This document shows positions 28,786-38,421 of a stretch of 64,000 nucleotides of DNA, in pieces. Below the pieces are notes generated by a model. That model was not told the origin of the DNA, did not search any database, and saw nothing but the letters and a program-made list of their open reading frames with translations. The stretch lies in the NCBI GenBank assembly GCA_963707635.1, contig OY970173.1:1824001-1888000 (forward strand), given 5' to 3'. Each line of letters starts with the position of its first letter. Position 1 is the first letter of the stretch. Source of the stretch: Candidatus Latescibacterota bacterium. GTDB taxonomy: Bacteria > Krumholzibacteriota > Krumholzibacteriia > WVZY01 > JAKEHA01. Position numbers and translations under genes: made by a program.

Positions 28786-29285
28786 ACACCAATGACATTT
28801 CCACTCTCTACGCCTACAACCGCTGGGCGAATCGTCGCACGCTGGGATCGGTGCGGCCGCTCGACCATGAGGAGTTCACCCGCGACCTCGGCACCAGCCA
28901 CGGCTCCATCCGCGGAACGCTCGTTCACACGATGTGGTCCGACTGGATATGGCTGCGGCGGTGGCACGGCGAGTCGCCGAAGCGGTCGCCTTTCGACCCC
29001 AACGAATTTGCCGACCTCGCGGCCGTCGAAACGTACTGGCAGGGACTCGAACGCGAGCGGGAGGGTTTTATCGACCGCTTGACGGATCAGCGCCTCCAGG
29101 AGTCGCTCACCTACGAGAACCTGAAGGATGAACGGTGGACCTACACGTTCGAGCATATGCTGCAGCACGTGGTCAACCACGCCTCTTATCATCGCGGCCA
29201 GATCGTCACGCTCCTGCGACAACTCGGACGCACGCCGACGTCGACCGATTTCCTCGAGTTCTTTGACGAGGCCGGAGCCACGTAG
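28782..29285 (+). CDS. DinB-family protein (B. subtilis DinB type)
   Basis: YNRWAN, SIRGTLVH, HVVNHASYHRGQIVTLLRQLG; GTGA overlap. Confidence 0.88.
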   Translation: MNTNDISTLYAYNRWANRRTLGSVRPLDHEEFTRDLGTSHGSIRGTLVHTMWSDWIWLRRWHGESPKRSPFDPNEFADLAAVETYWQGLEREREGFIDRLTDQRLQESLTYENLKDERWTYTFEHMLQHVVNHASYHRGQIVTLLRQLGRTPTSTDFLEFFDEAGAT

Positions 29286-29303
29286 ACAGACGCAGGCATA
29301 GCC

Positions 29304-30092
29304 GTGACGGAGAAACGAAAGCGGTCCGCAGTGCGCCGATGGATTCGATGGGCGTTCCTGTTTTGGGCTGTGGTCTCGACCGCGTGGCTCGCAAACTCGT
29401 TTCGCACCCGAGGGGTCGGCGACGACAAGCTGCAGAGTAGCGCGACGGTCTCCGTGGTCGACGGAAAGGCGTGCCTGGAGTTCTCGCCCATGTCGCCGGG
29501 CACTGCGTCCGCGTTGATCTTCTTCTGCGGCTCCGGCGTCTCGGCACGCGCGTACGCGCCGCTGGTTCGCCCGATCGCGGAAGCCGGGTATCCAGTCTTC
29601 GTGGTCAAGTTGCCTTATCGTTTTGCGCCGCTTGAATCAAACAAGCGAGCTGCGGTGGACCGCGCCCTGCATGTGATCGCGCAGCATCCCCGGATCCCGG
29701 CATGGGTGGTGTCGGGACATTCGCTTGGCGGGGCACTGGCCTGCCGCCTGGTGCAGACCGACCCCGACGCGGTTTCAGCGATGGTGCTGGTCGGCACGAC
29801 GCACCCGAAGGACGAGGATCTGTCGCGCCTTCGATTGCCGGTCACGAAAGTCTACGCCTCGAACGATGGCATCGCACCGCCGGAGCGAGTCCGCGCGAAT
29901 CAGGCGTTGCTTCCGGCCCACACGAAATGGGTCGAGATCGAAGGAGGCAACCATTCACAGTTTGGCTACTATGGTCACCAGCTCCTGGATGGCACAGCGA
30001 CCGCCAGTCGGGAGGCGCAACAGGAGATCACCCGCTCCGCGTTGCTCGCGGCGCTCGCCGAAGCCGGGGGCTTCGGAGTGTTGAATCCATGA
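29304..30092 (+). CDS. Alpha/beta hydrolase with N-terminal anchor
   Basis: GHSLGG nucleophile, ND, IEGGNHSQFGYYG. Confidence 0.85.
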   Translation: MTEKRKRSAVRRWIRWAFLFWAVVSTAWLANSFRTRGVGDDKLQSSATVSVVDGKACLEFSPMSPGTASALIFFCGSGVSARAYAPLVRPIAEAGYPVFVVKLPYRFAPLESNKRAAVDRALHVIAQHPRIPAWVVSGHSLGGALACRLVQTDPDAVSAMVLVGTTHPKDEDLSRLRLPVTKVYASNDGIAPPERVRANQALLPAHTKWVEIEGGNHSQFGYYGHQLLDGTATASREAQQEITRSALLAALAEAGGFGVLNP

Positions 30093-31103
30093 AAGCGATG
30101 CTCCTCGACACCCCGGGACGTCCGCTGCGCGCGGCCGAGTTGCCGCGGCCGGTGCCCAGCCCCGGTGAACTCCTGTTGCGCGTGGGCGCCTGCGCCGTCT
30201 GCCGCACCGACCTCCACGTCGTCGACGGCGAACTCCCGAATCCCACGCTCCCGCTCGTGCCCGGACACGAGATCGTCGGCACGGTGGTTGACGTGGGTGC
30301 GGGAACCGAGCGCTTCGCGCCCGGGGCGCGCGTGGGCGTGCCGTGGCTCGGATGGACGTGCGGAGAGTGTTCCTATTGCCGCGCCGGCGCGGAGAACCTG
30401 TGCACGGACGCCCGGTTCACGGGCTACACACGCAACGGCGGCTACGCCGAGTATCACGATCGCCGACGCGCGTTTCTGCTTTCCCCTGCCCGATACGTAC
30501 GACGACGTTCACGCGGCGCCGCTCTTGTGCGCGGGCCTGATCGGCCATCGCGCGTACACTGTCGCGACGGAGCGTCCGTTCGGCGGGGAAGCCGCCCGAA
30601 TCGGGCTCTATGGCTTCGGCGCGGCGGCGCATCTCGTCGCGCAGGTGGCGGCGGCGGACGGACGCACTGTCTTCGCCTTCACGCGACCGGGCGATACCGC
30701 GGCGCAGGCGCATGCCCGCGCGCTCGGTGCCGCGTGGGCCGGCGGGTCGGACGAGGCTCCGCCGGAGCCGTTGGATGCTGCACTTCTATTCGCGCCCGTG
30801 GGCGCCTTGGTGCCGGCGGCGCTGCGAGCTGTGCGTCCGGGCGGGGTGGTGGTGTGCGCCGGGATCCATATGAGCGACATCCCAACGTTCCCATATGCTC
30901 TGCTATGGAGCGAGCGCTCGGTGCGATCGGTGGCCAACCTGACACGCGCGGACGGCGAGGTGTTTCTCGCTCTGGCCGCGCGGGTGCCGCTGCGCGTGGA
31001 CGCGACGGCGTACCGGCTCGACGCCGCGAACGAAGCGCTCGCCGATCTTCGCGCGGGACGGGTGCAGGGTGCGGCGGTGCTGGTGCCGAACGGCGTGCCA
31101 TGA
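30089..31103 (+). pseudogene. Zinc-dependent alcohol dehydrogenase family, +1 frameshift near 30454 (pseudogene or sequencing indel)
   Basis: First half CAVCRTD, GHEIVG, CGECSYC...C in one frame; second half APLLCAGLIG, GLYGFGAAA in another; removing one base at GAG TATC ACG ATC restores E-Y-T-I-A-D. Confidence 0.8.
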
Positions 31104-31155
31104 TTCGTGGTACCATTCCCACGCACACTGTTTCGGACCGCTCGTGGAGCATGGT

Positions 31156-33345
31156 ATGAAGCACCGCCCCTGGACCGCCGGATCGATCCATTTTCTGTGC
31201 ACGCTGGCGCTGTCGGTTTCCGCATGGGCGGCCGGCGGCACGCCGCAGGTTGACCGCACGTCGATTTCCACCGGCATTCTCTACGACCTCGTGGCCCCGA
31301 TCGCGCACGTCGAACGCTTTGACGGGTCGGCGTCGGCGCCGGTCGCGAATTCGGCGACGCTCCGGCAGATCGTGCACGAACTCACCCGCGCCTCGCTCGA
31401 CCCGCCGGCATGGGCGGACGCGAGCGCCTTTCGCGACGACGGGAACCTCGTGGTGCGCCTCGGCCTCGTCGACGTGCGCTACGACCGCCTCCGCGCGGGG
31501 GCCGTGAGCTCCGGTGCCGCGCGCGTCGAGGGCGACCGGCTGGTGCTCGAAGCGGGTGCGCTGGAGACGGCCCGCGCGTTCGTCGTGGCGCCGGTGCGCG
31601 ACTACAGCTACCGCGGCTCCAATGTCACATTCATCCTGGACGCGAGCCTGTTTGTCGGCGGCGCGCCCGCCAGCCGGCCGGAGAGCGTCGAGACCGATTT
31701 CGGCGACGGCAGTGGCTACCGTCCGCTGCGCTGGAACGAGCAAGCAATCGTCCAGTACCCGGCGACCGGGGTCTACACGGTGCGTGTGCGCGCGACGGAT
31801 GTAAGCGGTACGGTGCGCCACGCCGCGTTCGGGTTCGAGGTGCGCGCGCTGGCCACCCCGGCGCCACAGGACACCATTCCACTCACCGGCACGATGGCCT
31901 ACAACGGCGGCACGGCCACGGGTCGCGCGTTCGTCTATCTGTCCGCCGCGCATTCCGTGCTCACCCGTCCCGCCGTCGTGGTCGAAGGGTTCGACATCGA
32001 CAACACGATGAACTGGGACGAGCTCTACGCGCTCCTCAATCAGCAGGGGCTGGTGGAAGAGCTGCGCACGCGCGGCTACGACGCGGTCGTGCTCGATTTC
32101 ACCGAATCGACCGAATACATCCAGCGCAACGCCTTCGTGCTGGTCGACCTGCTGCACCAGGTGCAGGCGACGATCGGCAGCCAGCAGGACTTCCCGCTGG
32201 TCGGCGCGAGCATGGGCGGGCTGGTCGCGCGCTACGCGCTCTCCTGGATGGAAGCCAACGCCGACCCGTATCGCGTGCGCAACTTCGTCTCCTTCGACGT
32301 GCCGCACGCCGGGGCGAACATTCCACTCGGCATCCAGTACTGGCTGGACTTCTTCTCCGACCAGGCCGCCGAGGCGGCGAATCTGCTCGGCCGTCTCGAC
32401 ACGCCCGCCGCGCGACAGATGCTCCTGTATCACCACACGACGCCGCCCGGCGGGACGGGCGAGCCGGATCCGCTGCGCGCCGGGTTCGAGTCCGAGCTGG
32501 CGGGCCTCGGCGATTATCCGTCGCAGCCCCGGGTGGTGGCGCTGTCCAACGGGAGCGGCATCGGGGCCAACCAGGGCTTTGCCGCCGGCGCACAGATCAT
32601 CCAGTACGCATACAACCTGATCTTCTTCGCGACCATCCGTGGGCACGTGTGGGCGGTGCCGAACGGGGGAGCGCTCAAGATTTTCGACGGGCTGATCCAG
32701 GTGATCTTCCAGCCCACCCAGTCGCTGGTGGTGAACGTCTCCGGAACGCTTCCCTGGGACAACGCGCCGGGCGGCTCGCGCAATTCGATGGCGCAGATGG
32801 ACTCGGTGGCAGCACCCTACGGCGACATCATCGCGCTCCACCAGCGCCACTGCTTCATTCCCACGGTGAGCGCGCTCGACATCGCGACCGCGGACCCGTT
32901 CTACGATGTTGCGGGGGATCCCGATCTGCTCGCCCACACGCCGTTCGACAATCTCTATGTGCCCGTCGCCAACGAGCCGCACGTCACGGTGACCCCAGAG
33001 AACGCCGTGTGGCTGCTGGATGAGATCGACCCGCCGGCGACCGCCGTGCGGAACGGCACCGCGCCACGCGCGTTCACGTTGCTGGAGGCCGCGCCGAATC
33101 CCTTCGGCGAAACGACCACCGTGCGCTGGCAGCTGGCGCGCGCTACGCGCGTGCGCGCCGAAGTCTTCGACGTGCGCGGCCGCCGGGTGGTTTCGCTCCT
33201 CGACGGTGTGCGTTCCGCCGGGCCGGGAGAGGTCCGTTGGACCGGCCGTGACGGAAACGGCCGCGCGCTGGCCGCCGGCGTGTATTTCATTCGGGTCGTG
33301 GCGGCGGGAGAGACCCGCGCCCGCCGGGTCGTCCTCGTTCATTGA
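31156..33345 (+). CDS. Secreted alpha/beta hydrolase (lipase/esterase-like) with PKD-like module and C-terminal FlgD-Ig/T9SS-CTD-like domain
   Basis: Signal peptide; DFGDGSG module; VEGFD, GASMGG, PHAGAN; C-terminal APNPF...FDVRGRRV...WTGRDGNG...AGVYF. Confidence 0.8.
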   Translation: MKHRPWTAGSIHFLCTLALSVSAWAAGGTPQVDRTSISTGILYDLVAPIAHVERFDGSASAPVANSATLRQIVHELTRASLDPPAWADASAFRDDGNLVVRLGLVDVRYDRLRAGAVSSGAARVEGDRLVLEAGALETARAFVVAPVRDYSYRGSNVTFILDASLFVGGAPASRPESVETDFGDGSGYRPLRWNEQAIVQYPATGVYTVRVRATDVSGTVRHAAFGFEVRALATPAPQDTIPLTGTMAYNGGTATGRAFVYLSAAHSVLTRPAVVVEGFDIDNTMNWDELYALLNQQGLVEELRTRGYDAVVLDFTESTEYIQRNAFVLVDLLHQVQATIGSQQDFPLVGASMGGLVARYALSWMEANADPYRVRNFVSFDVPHAGANIPLGIQYWLDFFSDQAAEAANLLGRLDTPAARQMLLYHHTTPPGGTGEPDPLRAGFESELAGLGDYPSQPRVVALSNGSGIGANQGFAAGAQIIQYAYNLIFFATIRGHVWAVPNGGALKIFDGLIQVIFQPTQSLVVNVSGTLPWDNAPGGSRNSMAQMDSVAAPYGDIIALHQRHCFIPTVSALDIATADPFYDVAGDPDLLAHTPFDNLYVPVANEPHVTVTPENAVWLLDEIDPPATAVRNGTAPRAFTLLEAAPNPFGETTTVRWQLARATRVRAEVFDVRGRRVVSLLDGVRSAGPGEVRWTGRDGNGRALAAGVYFIRVVAAGETRARRVVLVH

Positions 33346-33353
33346 CGGGTACG

Positions 33354-33920
33354 ATGATCGACCCACCGTACTCCGGCGATGAGATAGCGGCCAACTGCCG
33401 CATTATTTCTGTGCACATCGAAGAGTTGAACCAATTGTTCAACTCCCTGGACCCGTCCCCGTTCCACAGGCGGGACCTGGATCGCAGCGCGGTGGAATAC
33501 ATCGTCAGCAGCGCCCAGGAGCTGCCCCGAACGCCCTTGGCGCTGGTGTTGTACCTGGATGGGCCGGCTGGGCCTCCCGACGAAGGTCGCGTGGTCGGCG
33601 ACGCCGTCCGCGAGTATTTCAGCCGGGAATCGGAATACACGCGTCGTCATCTGCGACGAGTGCTTCGCCAAGGCTGGGCGAGCCTGGCCATCGGAGTGGC
33701 GTTTCTGGCGGCCGCGTTCGCCGCCGGCGCGTTCGTCGCCAGCGTGACTTCGGAGCCGCTCGCACCGATCCTGCGAGAAAGCCTGCTCATCGGTGGTTGG
33801 GTCGCCATGTGGCGGCCGCTGGAGACGTTCTTATACGACTGGTGGCCGATCGTGGGCGAGCGACGACTCCACGACCGTTTGAGTCGCATGGCGGTGCGCA
33901 TCGTGTACACGGGCACATGA
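33354..33920 (+). CDS. Conserved hypothetical membrane protein
   Basis: QLFNSLDPSPF..RDLD, two TM segments, GWVAMWRPLE; start ATG 33354 or TTG 33342. Confidence 0.7.
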   Translation: MIDPPYSGDEIAANCRIISVHIEELNQLFNSLDPSPFHRRDLDRSAVEYIVSSAQELPRTPLALVLYLDGPAGPPDEGRVVGDAVREYFSRESEYTRRHLRRVLRQGWASLAIGVAFLAAAFAAGAFVASVTSEPLAPILRESLLIGGWVAMWRPLETFLYDWWPIVGERRLHDRLSRMAVRIVYTGT

Positions 33921-33936
33921 CCGGCGGGAGGTAACG

Positions 33937-34329
33937 ATGTACGATCTAACGATCCATCTGGAGGATCGGCCGGGTGCGCTTGCCGAGATGGGGGAGGTGT
34001 TGGGGCGCGCGGGCGTGAGTATCGAGGGCGGAGGGGTCTGGGTGGTGGGCGCCTGCGGCGTCGCCCATTTCCTGTTCGAGGATGGAGCCGCCGCGCGCCG
34101 GGCGCTCGAAGCGGCCGGCATCCGGGTCGTCGCACAGAGGGACGTTCTCGTGCAACGATTGCGGCAGGGAGTGCCCGGCCAACTCGGCCTGCTCACGCGC
34201 CGGATGGCCGAGGCCGGCGTCAATATCGAGGTCTTGTACAGCGACCATGACCATCAGCTGATCCTGGTCGTCGACGACCTCGCGCGCGGGCGCGAGGTCT
34301 CGGAGGCGTGGACACGCGAAACTCGATGA
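33937..34329 (+). CDS. Tandem ACT-domain protein
   Basis: EDRPGALA..GVSI and PGQLG...AGVNIE ACT repeats; GGAGG SD. Confidence 0.85.
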   Translation: MYDLTIHLEDRPGALAEMGEVLGRAGVSIEGGGVWVVGACGVAHFLFEDGAAARRALEAAGIRVVAQRDVLVQRLRQGVPGQLGLLTRRMAEAGVNIEVLYSDHDHQLILVVDDLARGREVSEAWTRETR

Positions 34330-34340
34330 AAGGGGACGGT

Positions 34341-35366
34341 ATGAAACGGGCGCAGACGATGACGAGATGGCTCCGATACTTCGTGTTCGTCGCCGCGTTG
34401 CTCGCGCTTGCCGGGTGTGAGAGCCGGAGCCCCACGCGCGCAAGCTCCACGTCCTCGTCCGGAGTTTTCAAGCTGGAGGAAGGCTTTGTCGACGCCGGAG
34501 GCGTGCTCATTTATTACCGCGCGCTCGGAACGGGACCGCCGCTGGTGGTTCTTCACGGCGGCCCGGGCGCTTCGCACGACTATTTCCTGCCCTACCTGCT
34601 GCCTCTGGCGCGAACCAATCGAGTCGTCTTCATCGACGAGCGCGGATCCGGACGCTCGGAGAAACTCGAGGACGCGGCCGGCTACACCATCGAGAACATG
34701 GTGGAAGACGTGGAAGCGGTCCGGGGCGCGCTCGGGCTGGGGAAGATCAACCTGCTCGGCCACTCCTTCGGCGGAGCGCTCGCGCAGGCCTATGCACTCA
34801 AGTACCAGGCGAACCTCTCGCACTTGGTGCTGTGCAGCACGTTCCACAGCACTCGCCAGCTGAATGACACCCTGCTGCGAATGAAAGACGCGATGACGCC
34901 CGGGCTGCGCGCGCGTGTCGACGGGATGGAGAAGAAGGGGCTGTTCGGCAACGGGAAGGACTACGAGAAGAACCGGTACACCACCGACTACATGATCGCC
35001 GCGTGGGGAGAAGGCTATTTCCCGTTTCTCTACCAGCGGCGCCCGGACCCGAACTACGACCCCACTGCGACCGCCGGCATGGCGTGGGACCTCTACCGCG
35101 AAATGTGGGGTTCCAACGGGGAGTTCGTGGTCGACGGCAACCTGGTGTCGGTGGAGTACGCGGACCGCCTGGGGTCCATCACGGTTCCGACCCTGATCAC
35201 GGTGGGCGACCACGACCAGGTGGAACCGGCGATCGCTCGCGAGATGCAGCAGAAGATTCCGGGGTCGACGCTGGTCGTGCTCCCGCAGAGCGGCCACATG
35301 ACGTTCGTCGACCAGCCGGGATTGTTCATCGCCGCGGTGGACGACTTCGTCCATGGAAGGAAGTAA
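34341..35366 (+). CDS. Proline iminopeptidase-family (S33) hydrolase, lipoprotein
   Basis: HGGPG, GHSFGG, GDHD, SGH; lipobox LAG-C. Confidence 0.85.
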   Translation: MKRAQTMTRWLRYFVFVAALLALAGCESRSPTRASSTSSSGVFKLEEGFVDAGGVLIYYRALGTGPPLVVLHGGPGASHDYFLPYLLPLARTNRVVFIDERGSGRSEKLEDAAGYTIENMVEDVEAVRGALGLGKINLLGHSFGGALAQAYALKYQANLSHLVLCSTFHSTRQLNDTLLRMKDAMTPGLRARVDGMEKKGLFGNGKDYEKNRYTTDYMIAAWGEGYFPFLYQRRPDPNYDPTATAGMAWDLYREMWGSNGEFVVDGNLVSVEYADRLGSITVPTLITVGDHDQVEPAIAREMQQKIPGSTLVVLPQSGHMTFVDQPGLFIAAVDDFVHGRK

Positions 35367-35368
35367 CG

Positions 35369-35773
35369 ATGTTCCTCACCCTGCTCCTCGTCACGTTCGC
35401 CATCGCCGTGCTGGTCTCGTTCGGGGTCGCTAGCCTGTTTCGCAACTCGCTCCGCACCATTCTCAATCGCATACTCTCTCCCGACCTGGTGTCCGCGTGG
35501 TATCGCTACATCACGTTTGCGATCTACGTGGTGGGGGTTTCGGGCGGGGTGCGGATCTGGGAGCTGGAGAAGTACATCACCCCGCGCACCGAGACCGAGA
35601 TCCCCATCGTGCTCAACGCGGATCGCTGGCTGCTCGAGATGTACCGCACGGTCATCGCCACCCTGCAGAGCACGGCCTGGATGCTGCTGGTGGTCTTCGC
35701 GGTGACGCTGATCGCCGTGGTCATCGTCCGGGGGCAGGAGCTGAAGCACGGCAAGGCTACGGGTGGCGGATAG
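35369..35773 (+). CDS. Hypothetical membrane protein (3 TM)
   Basis: Hydrophobic segments, GC3-biased codons, GGAAGG SD. Confidence 0.65.
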   Translation: MFLTLLLVTFAIAVLVSFGVASLFRNSLRTILNRILSPDLVSAWYRYITFAIYVVGVSGGVRIWELEKYITPRTETEIPIVLNADRWLLEMYRTVIATLQSTAWMLLVVFAVTLIAVVIVRGQELKHGKATGGG

Positions 35774-35777
35774 TGTG

Positions 35778-36395
35778 CTACGCCCGGATGGCCCTCGCGA
35801 TGCGTCGCGTCAGCACCGTGTAGATGAGAGCGGTGAGCCCGTGCCCGCCGAGGATCAGCCCCATCAGGATGATGTACCCCTCGAAGTGCCCGCCCGACTT
35901 CGCGACCATCATCATGTTCACGATGCCGTAGACCCCGAGCGCGATCGCCGCGAGTGATAACAGCAACACCGTCCAGCGCAGCCACGCGACGCGCGGCCCC
36001 TTGATCAGATAGGCCCAGGTAAGCCCGCTGTAGGCGAAGAAACCGGCGGCGACGGCGCGCCAGAGCGGGATGTGCGCGGGGTCGCGCGAGGGGAGCACGA
36101 CCGTGATGACGAAGATCAGCCACAATCCGACCAGCACGGTCGCGAGCGACATGAAAATGAGCATCAACCGGAAGGGGAGCACGAAGCGGTCGAACTTCCG
36201 CGCGAATTCGTCCGGCGCGCCGAAGCGATGGACGGCTTGCTCTTCTGCGTCGTGGTCGGACATGCCTGACTTCCTTTCTTCTTCCGCGGCCAGCAGCAGA
36301 TGGTCGCGGACTTCTTCCAGCACGCGCCGGGCGAGCAGGGGATTTCCCTTGAGCGCGGCGCGCAGACGGGCGAGGTAGGAGTCGATCGGGCTCAT
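35778..36395 (-). CDS. HAAS/permease-prefix domain membrane protein
   Basis: YLARL...EEVRDHL...AVHRFGAP then 4 TM segments; follows PadR. Confidence 0.8.
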   Translation of the reverse strand: MSPIDSYLARLRAALKGNPLLARRVLEEVRDHLLLAAEEERKSGMSDHDAEEQAVHRFGAPDEFARKFDRFVLPFRLMLIFMSLATVLVGLWLIFVITVVLPSRDPAHIPLWRAVAAGFFAYSGLTWAYLIKGPRVAWLRWTVLLLSLAAIALGVYGIVNMMMVAKSGGHFEGYIILMGLILGGHGLTALIYTVLTRRIARAIRA

Positions 36396-36406
36396 GAACG
36401 CCAGCG

Positions 36407-36745
36407 CTACGCGCGCCCGATCGCGGTTCCGCGCAGGATGGCGTCGACGCCGCGGACCAACTCGCGCCAGCTCGTTTCGCGCTCCTTGAGGGCGGCTCGC
36501 CCTGCGCGTGTGATCCGGTAGGTGCGGCGGACGCGCCCCGACACCTGTTCGGCGTCGCTCTCGACGAAACCCGCCGCCTCCAGCCGGTAGAGCGCGGGGT
36601 AGACGGTTCCCTCGGGGAGGTCGAAGACGCCGCGGCTCCGGTCGCGAAGCTGCGCGATGATCGCGTAGCCGTGGGCCGGCCCGCGCGCGACCAGCGAGAG
36701 CAGCAGCATGTCGATCTGCCCGCTCAGGAGCGGTTCTTTGCTCAT
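36407..36745 (-). CDS. PadR-family transcriptional regulator
   Basis: HGYAI, EGTVYPALYRLE, RRTYRIT..G. Confidence 0.92.
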   Translation of the reverse strand: MSKEPLLSGQIDMLLLSLVARGPAHGYAIIAQLRDRSRGVFDLPEGTVYPALYRLEAAGFVESDAEQVSGRVRRTYRITRAGRAALKERETSWRELVRGVDAILRGTAIGRA

Positions 36746-36794
36746 GGTCGAAAACCTACCTCATGGTGGTGCATCGGGTCGAGTGTTCGTACGC

Positions 36795-38195
36795 CTACTC
36801 GGGTTGGGGCTCCATCGAACTGATCTTTCCCTCGCCGTCGACGTCGATGGTCCAGACAATGGAGCGCGAGGCGTAGCTCGCGCGATAGCGGAGCGTGCGG
36901 CCTCCATCGTGGGCCGTGGTCTCCAGCAGGACGAGCGATTGCAGGGTACCGAGGGGACCGAGGAAATGCGGACCCGCGCTTCGGATCATCGGGACGGTTT
37001 CGGTCTTTCCCCGCGATGAGAACAGGGCCTCGTCGACCTCGCCGCGGGCCGCGGACGCGAAGACGAGCTTCAGTCGCTCGGTCAGCGCAGGGTCGGGGTC
37101 GTCGATGCCCGCGTTGCCCGCGTCGGAGAGCGCGGGGAGGTACATCGTCGCGACCCGCCGCGCCAGCTTGCGGGTCTCGGCGCCCCGGAGGTTGGCGAGC
37201 ACGATCACGCTGAGCCCGTCGTCGGGATAGCGAAGGATGGTCGCGTCGAAGCCGAGCGCGCCACCCTGATGACCCGCCACGCGATGGCCGTGATCGCGAT
37301 CCAGTTCGTTGCCGAGCCCGTAGTGCGCCTCCGAGCCGTCGGCCAGACGGACCGGGGCCTCCATCTCGCGCCACGTTGCGGCGTCGAGCAGACGACCCGA
37401 CGCGATCGCGCATTCCCAGCGCGCCAGATCTCGTGCGTCCGATACCACCGCACCCGCCGCCCATTTCCGGCTGGGGCTCACGTATTCTTCGTTCCGAAGC
37501 CCGTCGCGCGTCCACGCGTAGCCGGCGGCGCGATGCGGAATGACGGCGGCGAGGTCGTTCATGCGCGTCGACGTCATGCCGAGCGGGTCGAAGACCTGCT
37601 GCGAGAGAAACTGCGGCAGCGGTTTCCCCGCGACTTTCTCGACGATGAGACCGAGCAGGAAATAGCCGGTATTGCTGTAGGACCAGCGCGTGCCGGGCTC
37701 GAAGTCGAGCGGCTTCGCGGCCACACTCGCGACGACCTCCTGCGGCGACGTCTCGAGCCGGACTGACTTCCAGAAGTCGGGGGCCTTCGTGTACTCCGGG
37801 ATTCCGGCGGTGTGGGACAGCAGCTGGCGCACGGTGACCTTTCGCCAGGCAGCGGGACTCTCCGGGAGGTAGTCCCCGAGGGTTCCGTCGAGTTCCAGCG
37901 TGCCGTCTGCCGCGAGGTGCATCACGGCAGCGGCGACGAACTGCTTGCCGAGCGAGAGCAGCTCGTAGACCGAGGTGTCGCTTGCCGCCGCGGCCCACTC
38001 GACGTTGGCGAGGCCCCAGCCCCGGGCCAGCACGACGTTCCCGTTCTGCACCACGGCGACCGAGACCCCGGGAATGTGATTGGACTTCATGGCAGTGCGC
38101 ACGATGTCGTCCAGCGAATCGGCGGCCGGCCCGGCGGCAGCGCCAGCCGACAGGCACGCCGCGGCGATCCCCGCGGCCAGAGAGCGAGACTGCAT
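36795..38195 (-). CDS. Exported serine hydrolase, beta-lactamase class C/S12 family
   Basis: SLGK (SxxK), LLSHTAG, YSN, HQGG; signal peptide; AGGAGG SD. Confidence 0.88.
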   Translation of the reverse strand: MQSRSLAAGIAAACLSAGAAAGPAADSLDDIVRTAMKSNHIPGVSVAVVQNGNVVLARGWGLANVEWAAAASDTSVYELLSLGKQFVAAAVMHLAADGTLELDGTLGDYLPESPAAWRKVTVRQLLSHTAGIPEYTKAPDFWKSVRLETSPQEVVASVAAKPLDFEPGTRWSYSNTGYFLLGLIVEKVAGKPLPQFLSQQVFDPLGMTSTRMNDLAAVIPHRAAGYAWTRDGLRNEEYVSPSRKWAAGAVVSDARDLARWECAIASGRLLDAATWREMEAPVRLADGSEAHYGLGNELDRDHGHRVAGHQGGALGFDATILRYPDDGLSVIVLANLRGAETRKLARRVATMYLPALSDAGNAGIDDPDPALTERLKLVFASAARGEVDEALFSSRGKTETVPMIRSAGPHFLGPLGTLQSLVLLETTAHDGGRTLRYRASYASRSIVWTIDVDGEGKISSMEPQPE

Positions 38196-38250
38196 CGAAT
38201 GCCTCCTGGTTCGGAACTGCGTCGGGGCCCGGGAGCCGGGACGCGCTAAT

Positions 38251-38287
38251 ACATAGACAAACATAGCATAGCTTCTCTGGGTGTCAA
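38251..38287 (-). promoter_or_regulatory. Sigma70-type promoter for the hydrolase-padR-HAAS operon
   Basis: Minus strand TTGACA-N16-TATGTT with TG extension; CATAG repeated three times across the -10/+1 region. Confidence 0.55.
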
Positions 38288-38421
38288 GGATATCTTTCGC
38301 CCCGTGCGCGACCCGGCGCCGGCCCTGAGGTCTCGTACCGGCATCTGTACAGCTGCCGGCGTTGCGCGTACAATGACGGGCTCTTGCCCGGTTGAAAAAC
38401 ACGTATAGAAAGGAACCCGTA

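Noticed and set aside
28318..29285. DinB-family genes next to lexA as DNA polymerase IV or SOS members
   Set aside because: They are small helical DinB/YfiT proteins, not Y-family polymerases; I saw no AGAC-N4-GTCT copy directly before them
36795..38195. Calling the S12 hydrolase an antibiotic-resistance beta-lactamase
   Set aside because: The motifs (SxxK, YSN, HQG) are shared by many esterases and D-peptidases; activity cannot be inferred
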